DNA of 64,000 nucleotides from a virus. The notes beneath the pieces are model-generated. The model worked only from the letters and a program-made list of their open reading frames with translations. It was not told the DNA's origin and did no database searches. Where the stretch lies: positions 27,094-91,093 of IMG/VR virus record IMGVR_UViG_3300025018_000121. One strand, given 5' to 3'. Shown here one piece after another: positions 57,704 to 64,000 of the stretch. Every line of letters starts with the position of its first letter. Position 1 is the stretch's first letter. Made by a program: the position numbers and the translations under genes.

Positions 57704-58027
57704 TCAGTATACATCGTAGTTTTTAATGTCTTTGAGCAGCAATCTCTTTGAAATTATCAAAACACGTATCTTTTCTATGTCTTCACTATCAGGTGACTTA
57801 TATGAGTAAGACACGCTGAAATGTAGCTTTGGAAAAGTTTTGTTTAGAAACTCTGTTATTATTTTTTCTTTAGCCTTAATAGGAGCGAAATAGCTATGAA
57901 ATATTTCTATCTGCTTAAAGCTACTTTTGTTTCTGTGTGGTGAAACTATGTTGTAAATCCTCTCATAAAAACACCCTAACAGAAACTCGTCTGAGTATAT
58001 TAAACTGTGGATAGTTGTCTTAGACAC
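57704..58027 (-). CDS. Hypothetical protein
   Basis: ORF track, operon packing. Confidence 0.5.
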   Translation of the reverse strand: MSKTTIHSLIYSDEFLLGCFYERIYNIVSPHRNKSSFKQIEIFHSYFAPIKAKEKIITEFLNKTFPKLHFSVSYSYKSPDSEDIEKIRVLIISKRLLLKDIKNYDVY

Positions 58028-58349
58028 TTATTGTTCCTATAGCAGCAGTCTCGTATTCGATAGGGTCGTGTACCGTAGTTACTTTGTCAATCTTGCTGAC
58101 ATTTTTTAAGCTAGAGTAATCAAAGTTCTTCAGGTCTAAATTAACTTGGTAAATTAACAGTAGTCTTGCATCACACAGCCCCGCAGCTTCTAGCCTCAAA
58201 GCTAAATTAGTAGTTATTCGTATCTTCCCAGAGCTAACGTCTCTCAGAGTCTTTTTGTCAATTCCTAGTTTTTTACAAAAAGCTTTTTTAGACAGACCGC
58301 TTTCGATAAGCAGTTTTTCAAGAAACCTTCCGCAATGACGCTTTTCCAT
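58020..58349 (-). CDS. HigA-like XRE-family HTH protein
   Basis: HCGRFL...GLS...F...LGI.....RITTNLALRLE....LLIYQ..LDL. Confidence 0.75.
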   Translation of the reverse strand: MEKRHCGRFLEKLLIESGLSKKAFCKKLGIDKKTLRDVSSGKIRITTNLALRLEAAGLCDARLLLIYQVNLDLKNFDYSSLKNVSKIDKVTTVHDPIEYETAAIGTISV

Positions 58350-58365
58350 TCTAGTCTCCTTGTAA

Positions 58366-58402
58366 AATAAAAATGCCTACTCACACTAAGCAAGCAGGCA
58401 TT
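58366..58402 (-). terminator. Rho-independent terminator
   Basis: ATGCCTGCTTGC-TTAGT-GTGAGTAGGCAT followed by TTTTATTTT on -. Confidence 0.65.
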
Positions 58403-58404
58403 CA

Positions 58405-58626
58405 TCACTTAGTCTTCAGTTTATTTTTTGCAGCTTTCAATTGTTTCTCTAGGTACAAAATCCTTTTCTCTAGATTTTTCTTTGATATCTCATAACACTT
58501 GAAAGTAGAATCTACTTCCTTACCGTTGCCTTGGTCGCTTTGGTATCCCCAAGACTGCGCTGAGTCATCAAAATCCGTAAACAATTCTCTACTAAGTCTA
58601 GACAACTTAATTTCTTTAGTTTTCAT
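58405..58626 (-). CDS. Hypothetical protein
   Basis: AAGGA RBS before ATG 58626 (MKTKEIK). Confidence 0.6.
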   Translation of the reverse strand: MKTKEIKLSRLSRELFTDFDDSAQSWGYQSDQGNGKEVDSTFKCYEISKKNLEKRILYLEKQLKAAKNKLKTK

Positions 58627-58649
58627 TTTTGTTTTCCTTAAACTGTTTA

Positions 58650-58885
58650 GTACCGGAAACTGTCGGTAACTAGGTGCAGGTCTTATCACCTAAGCCTGAC
58701 TTTTAATACCTTCCGACAGCCTCCTAAGTTTTTTAAATACTTCTGCATATAAGAACCTATAACTCATATTCAGAAGCATGACTTGCCACATCTATAGAAG
58801 TTAGCAAATCTTCTATACCTTGCACGATAGTGGCCGACATGATTTTACGTTACTGATTCCCTCACAAGTTTCTTTCAGCAACGGG
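58650..58885 (-). ncRNA. Candidate structured non-coding RNA (four stem-loop domains)
   Basis: Long intergenic gap almost wholly occupied by paired stems with G-U wobbles on the - strand. Confidence 0.55.
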
Positions 58886-58890
58886 TGAAT

Positions 58891-59235
58891 TCAACAAGTT
58901 CTTTCAAAGTCTTCTTCGTCAAGCAATTTTTTCAAAGCAGGAATAGCCTTTACTTTGTAGATAGGTTTAATTTCATCTTTGAAAGTTTTTCTTGCTTTCC
59001 CTAAGTTGTAGTTATTCTGTAGACCTAACCAAATATTAGCACTACTTAGACCAAAAGCTTCGAGTTCCAGCTTCAATGCTAACTCTACGCTAACAGCAGC
59101 TTTTTCGTTAATTACTTTAGACAGAGCTGACCTTCCAATTTTCAAAAGGCTTGCAGCTTCTGTTACTGACATTTCTCTAATTTCAAGTTCTTGTTTAATA
59201 AAATGTCCGGGGTGACTTGGAGTATGTTCACTCAT
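58891..59235 (-). CDS. HigA-family antitoxin-like HTH protein
   Basis: PSHPG.FIK.EL...MSVTEAA..L.IGRSALS..IN.KAAVS.ELALKLE.....WL.LQ..Y.L. Confidence 0.85.
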   Translation of the reverse strand: MSEHTPSHPGHFIKQELEIREMSVTEAASLLKIGRSALSKVINEKAAVSVELALKLELEAFGLSSANIWLGLQNNYNLGKARKTFKDEIKPIYKVKAIPALKKLLDEEDFERTC

Positions 59236-59468
59236 AATTTATTTTCCTTTTGAAAAGTATCAAGATCAATTTCTTGTACAGGCTCATTATTTTCATCAAC
59301 AAGAAAAACTTTGAATACTACGTCTTTTCGTTTACTCATTATTTCTTCTATATTCGTTTTGAGAACAGGTTTTCTATTTTGTCTTAGTATACGCACAAGT
59401 TCTTCCAAGTGATGCAATTCTATATAGCTAAGTTCATCAGTTTCTATACAAATAATATTCTTAGTCAT
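59232..59468 (-). CDS. Hypothetical protein
   Basis: AGGA RBS before ATG 59468; the longer track start overlaps tRNA-Leu. Confidence 0.6.
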   Translation of the reverse strand: MTKNIICIETDELSYIELHHLEELVRILRQNRKPVLKTNIEEIMSKRKDVVFKVFLVDENNEPVQEIDLDTFQKENKL

Positions 59469-59482
59469 AACGTTTCCTAAAA

Positions 59483-59569
59483 TGGTGCCCGGTGCCGGAC
59501 TCGAACCGGCACGGAGTTTCCTCCGAGGGATTTTAAGTCCCATGCGTCTACCAATTTCGCCAACCGGGC
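59483..59569 (-). tRNA. tRNA-Leu(UAA)
   Basis: GCCCGGT acceptor, D arm, GGGA-CTTAAAA-TCCC, long variable arm GGAG-GAAA-CTCC, GCCGG-TTCGAGT-CCGGC, A-CCA. Confidence 0.95.
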
Positions 59570-59596
59570 GTTGACCTTTTACTTTACAGATTTGAA

Positions 59597-59782
59597 TTAG
59601 TCTGTTCTGACAGGTGGGTTAATCAGACCAATTGTTATTACAAGCCCAATAGACAATACAGCTAAAATACCAAAAGTCTTAGGTACACTTTCTGCATTAT
59701 GAATAATAAGAATGCAGAAAATCATCCATATCAATGTCGCAATAAATGTAAGGGTCTTTTTTAAATGGGACTCCATAAACAC
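59597..59782 (-). CDS. Small two-TM membrane protein
   Basis: Two hydrophobic helices. Confidence 0.6.
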   Translation of the reverse strand: MFMESHLKKTLTFIATLIWMIFCILIIHNAESVPKTFGILAVLSIGLVITIGLINPPVRTD

Positions 59783-59798
59783 CTCTTGTGTAATTTCT

Positions 59799-60215
59799 CT
59801 ATAGGATTAAAGGTTCTATTTTACTAATATTGAATTTAGATGTTACTCGGTTGATTGTAGTTAGAGCTAATACTAATGTACGCCTGTTAAATTCACAGGT
59901 GTCTTCAAAACACTTTGCCTTTAAATTTTCTTTCTTTATTACTGCCCCAATTAAAGTACGTCCCTTTATTTGAAAGTCTCCATTTACCCGTACCACATTA
60001 AGTCTTAGAAAACCTTTTTTATATAACGGGTATCCATCGTGAATTCCTTCAGGGAAACCATAAGATTCATTTAAGTGTTTACAAATTAAGCTCACGTAAT
60101 CAGGTGGCAAGGTGCTGTCTACAGCAAATGTTAATACTACGTCATGGTCACTAGCTAAGGTATTTAATATGCGAGGGTCTAATGATTTCCAAACGTAATC
60201 TTTAAACGCTTCCAT
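59799..60215 (-). CDS. Hypothetical protein
   Basis: AGGT RBS before ATG 60215 (MEAFKDY). Confidence 0.55.
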   Translation of the reverse strand: MEAFKDYVWKSLDPRILNTLASDHDVVLTFAVDSTLPPDYVSLICKHLNESYGFPEGIHDGYPLYKKGFLRLNVVRVNGDFQIKGRTLIGAVIKKENLKAKCFEDTCEFNRRTLVLALTTINRVTSKFNISKIEPLIL

Positions 60216-60612
60216 AACTAGGCACCTTTTCTGCGTCTTTCCATTGAAGGGGGTGTGATACTTCACGCGGCATGAATAGTTCTTGTTTAATTTGTTCAGA
60301 ATACTTTCCACGAACAGCACTAAACACGTCAACTTTAAATTTTTCGTGGCGAAGTTTACGCCAGCTTCTGTTTTTGCAATCAAAAATCGCGTGGGCTTTG
60401 TACAAAGGAGTTTGTTGCGTGGCGGGCCTTCGCGGAGTATCGCTGCTATAAACACTTAAAATTTCAGGAACCCAATACACTTTGTCATGTATCAAAAACA
60501 AATAGCCATCGTTCGGCAGGTCTAAGCCCGTACTTGCAAAAGAAATACTAGGAATTTTTGCTACAGCTAAACACGACGTTGCTATTAAGAACTTTCTTCG
60601 CGTAAGTTTCAT
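60202..60612 (-). CDS. Hypothetical protein with twin-arginine-like signal peptide
   Basis: MKLTRRKFLIATSCLAVA...SFA; AGGAG RBS. Confidence 0.6.
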   Translation of the reverse strand: MKLTRRKFLIATSCLAVAKIPSISFASTGLDLPNDGYLFLIHDKVYWVPEILSVYSSDTPRRPATQQTPLYKAHAIFDCKNRSWRKLRHEKFKVDVFSAVRGKYSEQIKQELFMPREVSHPLQWKDAEKVPSYGSV

Positions 60613-60613
60613 T

Positions 60614-60937
60614 TCAGTCTCCTGCGTTATATACTCTACTAGAGGCTAGTTGTTTAATTAATTTTCCTTCGTACTCTACTTCAATTTCCGCTTCACCTAA
60701 ATGGCATTCGTTTGTTTGTATAGCGTAGTGAATCTGGCAGCCTGCAACAATCATGTTTCCGATTACTACATACCAATTTGTAGCGTTTCTATTTGTTCGT
60801 ATTCCTAGAGTTTCTTCACTGTTCTGAACTGCGCTAACCTTTCCAAATACGACTCTGTGCTGCGCTCCATTAGGTGCGTAAAACCAATTGTCTGTTGTTA
60901 TTAAATAACGCTTACCAACTTCTATTTTCATACTCAC
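60614..60937 (-). CDS. Hypothetical protein
   Basis: YLITTDNWFYAPNG...IVAGCQIHYA; AAGGAG RBS. Confidence 0.65.
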   Translation of the reverse strand: MSMKIEVGKRYLITTDNWFYAPNGAQHRVVFGKVSAVQNSEETLGIRTNRNATNWYVVIGNMIVAGCQIHYAIQTNECHLGEAEIEVEYEGKLIKQLASSRVYNAGD

Positions 60938-61458
60938 TCCTTAATTAAGTTAGTATGTACAAGTCTAAGAGCTACTTCTAACTTTGTACAAAAGCCTTCG
61001 ATCGCAGCCTCTAGGTCATCTATATGAACAGAGTAGAGGCAATAAGAATTCCTTCCACAACATAAATTAATGATAAACATCCTATGCTTAGGCCCACCTA
61101 GATTCCTTAATTTTTCTTTAAAAGAAAGCAAACCTTCTTCATTTTGAAGTTGGCTTAAAAAGGGCGTTGTAATTTCCAGTGTTGAAAGATTGTCTTTCAC
61201 TAACCACAACTTTACATGCGGCAATATAGGTTGGCAAATATCGTCTTCTTCAGGTCTGTTAATATGAAGAGTATCACTAACTTTTTCGTAATATTCTCTA
61301 AGCTTTTCCACCAGTTCTGGGGACATTTGTTCAAGCGGACTTATTACGTCTACGTCAAGGTCAATTAAAAGACCAAGTAATTTGTAGTATGCGTCTCTAT
61401 GTTTTTGTATAAGTCTTTCATTTTCTTTTTTCAAAACTTCAATCACGACGTTTTCCAT
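60934..61458 (-). CDS. Hypothetical protein
   Basis: GGAG RBS. Confidence 0.6.
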   Translation of the reverse strand: MENVVIEVLKKENERLIQKHRDAYYKLLGLLIDLDVDVISPLEQMSPELVEKLREYYEKVSDTLHINRPEEDDICQPILPHVKLWLVKDNLSTLEITTPFLSQLQNEEGLLSFKEKLRNLGGPKHRMFIINLCCGRNSYCLYSVHIDDLEAAIEGFCTKLEVALRLVHTNLIKE

Positions 61459-61522
61459 TCTTTACTCCCCAAGACTTGGTTTTGTTTCAGCATAAAACTT
61501 TCTATAAGTTCATCCCCCATTA

Positions 61523-61957
61523 CTACAATATGTTACTGAGAGTGACTTTGTGAGCTTGTTCTAGTATGTCTATTCCTAAGCTTGACCTTTCTTTTAATCT
61601 AGTACCATTAAAGCAACACATAATTGCTTCTGCATGTTCTATGGCTCTCAAAGAAATTTTTGGATAGTTGTCTTTGTGTCCCGCATTAAGCCTACCCGGA
61701 ACCCAAAACACTTTACCTCGCAGTCTTTCGTCTTTATTCAGATCAGAGAAATAAAATAAGAAACCACTTTTGTACTTCGACTGGTCTAGAGGATGGGTTT
61801 CTAGCTTTAGTTCGTCGTATTTATTTAGCCCAAATGCCCATGCTGCATTTTTATCGTGCATTCTGTGTGATAAGTCTTTTGGTAGAAACATCATTAACGG
61901 ATGTACTATAACATTATGCACAAACTCTTTAAGCCACTTTTTCATGTTTTTCTCCAA
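61523..61957 (-). CDS. Hypothetical two-module protein
   Basis: N-module FVHNVIVHPLM; C-module resembles 60202..60612. Confidence 0.6.
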   Translation of the reverse strand: MEKNMKKWLKEFVHNVIVHPLMMFLPKDLSHRMHDKNAAWAFGLNKYDELKLETHPLDQSKYKSGFLFYFSDLNKDERLRGKVFWVPGRLNAGHKDNYPKISLRAIEHAEAIMCCFNGTRLKERSSLGIDILEQAHKVTLSNIL

Positions 61958-62385
61958 GTCATCTTTCCTTGTTTAAGTTCAGCACCAAGATCAACACTCA
62001 AGTTTAACCTTTCTGCCAAGTCGCCCACATGCTTAATGCAAAACTCAATCGCTTTTTTAGAATCATACATTTCCAAAAAGTCTTTCAACTCCTTTTGAGT
62101 ACACTGGTGCTTGTTTAGTTTTGAATATTCTGTTTTTACTTTCTTCAGAATATCTTCTAGGGAAAGATACTCTTGTACTAACACTGAAATAATAACGTCG
62201 TTTCTTGCCAACATATCACTTACAAGAATATCTTTTACCCGTGCGCGAACTTCCGTGTTAAGATGAAAAATGTTTCTGTAGTCTTCCCTTACCTTCAGTT
62301 CTTGTTTATCTGGTACTGTTGCAATGTTGGGAATGAAAACATAAACATTACTCAATAACAAGTTTAAGTACTCTAAGGGTTTCAT
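61942..62385 (-). CDS. Hypothetical protein
   Basis: AGGAG RBS. Confidence 0.6.
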   Translation of the reverse strand: MKPLEYLNLLLSNVYVFIPNIATVPDKQELKVREDYRNIFHLNTEVRARVKDILVSDMLARNDVIISVLVQEYLSLEDILKKVKTEYSKLNKHQCTQKELKDFLEMYDSKKAIEFCIKHVGDLAERLNLSVDLGAELKQGKMTWRKT

Positions 62386-62422
62386 TAATATCTCCTAATT
62401 GGACTTCCTTGTCCTTTTTAAA

Positions 62423-63217
62423 TTAAAGAATATCTACAAAAATAGCTTCACGGTAGCCAACAGACTTTAGGAACTTTCCTTGCGGTGCATCAGGTTGATC
62501 TTTAGCAGACTTAACAACTTTCTTTGGAAACTCACTTTCAACGTAAACTTCAGTAATGCCTTTGCTGTGCCAGTGTTTAATAGTAGCTTGCAGTTCTTCT
62601 TCGTCTCGGCAGAAACGTGTCATAACACCATCAATTACTGATTGCATATCTTGCAGTGGGTCAACACCCAAACGCAACTGTTGCAAGTGTGCAATATCAA
62701 TAATTTCAGCAAGATTTTGACAGAATATTTTTACCAACCCGTCACCGTTCATAATTACTTTTTCTACTGAGCAAGTTTCTTGTTTTAGTTCTTCGATTTT
62801 TTTCATTAGATGGAAAAAAAGATTACTAAGTGCGTCTAAAGTATCCTGCATATCAGATTTGCAAATCAGATAAACCGAGGAATAACGACCTTGATGAAGT
62901 TCATCAGGGAACTCTACGATAATAGTGCCGTTAAACCCCATAAGATGAAAAGCACCGTAAGCAAATACTTTAATGTCACATAAAGCATCACGAATATGTT
63001 TAAACAATTCTTTCAAGGTTTCGTGGTCAGGTTCTTTACCGTCTTCATAAGCATTGTATAGCTCACTTACTGCTTTTTTAAGTTCGTTGGTTTCGTCTTT
63101 AATATTCTTGCATTGCTTTTCAATTTTAGTCCAATCAATTTTTGAAAGATTTCCAAAAGGATTACCAAAAGCTGTATTCATTTCGGATACTAAGGTGTAT
63201 TCATTCACTTCAGACAT
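62423..63217 (-). CDS. MazG-like/all-alpha NTP pyrophosphatase
   Basis: V.EMN.AFGN, IKDETNEL, IRDALCDI.VFAYG, GKFLKSVGY. Confidence 0.7.
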   Translation of the reverse strand: MSEVNEYTLVSEMNTAFGNPFGNLSKIDWTKIEKQCKNIKDETNELKKAVSELYNAYEDGKEPDHETLKELFKHIRDALCDIKVFAYGAFHLMGFNGTIIVEFPDELHQGRYSSVYLICKSDMQDTLDALSNLFFHLMKKIEELKQETCSVEKVIMNGDGLVKIFCQNLAEIIDIAHLQQLRLGVDPLQDMQSVIDGVMTRFCRDEEELQATIKHWHSKGITEVYVESEFPKKVVKSAKDQPDAPQGKFLKSVGYREAIFVDIL

Positions 63218-63488
63218 TTTGCATTTCCTTTTGTTGGCGGTAGTTGTTAATTGCTCTTTCTGCTGAACAGTTTCCGTTGTACTTGTTATGTAGCGAAGTA
63301 CAGACCATGCTCAGATTTCTTAATTCAACATGTATATTCTTTCCATCAATCTGCATAAAGTAAAAACCGTCTTTTTTTGTTTCTCTTTCCTTCACAAGAC
63401 TTTCAAAGTAAGGCATTATTTTTTTATCACCCTTTGCGTTGTAAATAGCAAAAAGCACTTCTTCTTTTTTCAAATCACTGCAATCCAT
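63210..63488 (-). CDS. Hypothetical protein
   Basis: AGGAG RBS before ATG 63488. Confidence 0.55.
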   Translation of the reverse strand: MDCSDLKKEEVLFAIYNAKGDKKIMPYFESLVKERETKKDGFYFMQIDGKNIHVELRNLSMVCTSLHNKYNGNCSAERAINNYRQQKEMQNV

Positions 63489-63489
63489 A

Positions 63490-63834
63490 CTACACTCCTG
63501 TTTTTGAAACCCAAATATACCGTTGTTCTTTATAGTCCCGGAAAGCTTCAACCATCAGAGTCCTTTGCATGGTAGTCATTTCAGTTAACAGATATAACCA
63601 CGGGAGTCTTAACCTTTCTAACTGAACTATAGGGTAAACTCTGTAATTACGGTATTCTTTGTAAGACTCGTAGCCATCCTTACATACAAAAGTTTTACAG
63701 ATAACTCCTAAAGTCTCTCCTAACCCTTCTATATTTTCTAGTCGCGCCTCCCATAATATTTCTGAAAAGTTTTCATCGTTGTTTTTTATATGATTAACTA
63801 CGTCTAATAAATGGTCATCATTTCCTAAGTTCAT
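63490..63834 (-). CDS. Hypothetical protein
   Basis: GGAG RBS before ATG 63834. Confidence 0.5.
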   Translation of the reverse strand: MNLGNDDHLLDVVNHIKNNDENFSEILWEARLENIEGLGETLGVICKTFVCKDGYESYKEYRNYRVYPIVQLERLRLPWLYLLTEMTTMQRTLMVEAFRDYKEQRYIWVSKTGV

Positions 63835-64000
63835 TTGAAATGCTCTCCACATAAGATGAATCAATACCTCTACTTCCATCTACAGGAATAAACTTTCTAC
63901 CAAAGTAGGTTGTAAAGTTCCAACAGTGTCCACAATCGTCTAACACTACAAAATTTCTTATCTTGTGTTTATTTACGAACTTTAAAATTGATCTTGCTCG
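63818..64000 (-). CDS. C-terminal end of a HAD-family protein (Swiss-Army-knife RNA-repair type), partial
   Basis: RARSILKFV....NFVVLDD...VDG..GI; runs off the window edge. Confidence 0.55.
   Translation of the reverse strand, partial: RARSILKFVNKHKIRNFVVLDDCGHCWNFTTYFGRKFIPVDGSRGIDSSYVESISNELRK

Noticed and set aside
1-64000. CRISPR array, alternative genetic code, reverse-transcriptase systems
   Set aside because: No spaced direct repeats seen; long ORFs are intact in the standard code with all three stops used; no reverse-transcriptase motifs

Overview
A gene-dense, AT-rich (roughly 35% GC by eye) segment of a large tailed-phage (jumbo-phage-like) genome in the standard genetic code. The + strand arm (1-46016) carries probable virion genes, a 2000-aa SNF2 helicase, a replication block (family A DNA polymerase, probable sliding clamp, SF2 helicase, DnaB), an intein-containing terminase, portal and prohead protease. 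These are followed by enzymes (NAD-dependent ligase, topoisomerase IB, two ADP-ribosyltransferase-like proteins, an Acb1-like 2H phosphoesterase, a DEDD exoribonuclease, a SprT-like protease, two ParB-like proteins), many with a shared MKVLN-like leader and short E/Q-x-A sites suggesting head-packaged cargo. A GC-rich, G-skewed non-coding island between two terminators (about 46080-46470) marks the strand switch. The - strand arm holds accessory genes (thyA, DHFR, BCS1-like AAA ATPase, Tad2-like, two orphan HigA-like proteins, MazG-like, tRNAs). Most notable: two free-standing HNH endonuclease cassettes each sit inside a useful gene and appear to carry a diverged replacement for what they broke. 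One splits a canonical tRNA-Arg gene and nests a D-armless tRNA-Arg(UCU)-like gene inside it. The other gives the SF2 helicase one C-terminus and leaves a second, homologous C-terminus stranded downstream. A 235-nt multi-hairpin candidate ncRNA and two phage-specific promoter-like motifs are also visible. All assignments come from motif recognition by eye; no searches were run.
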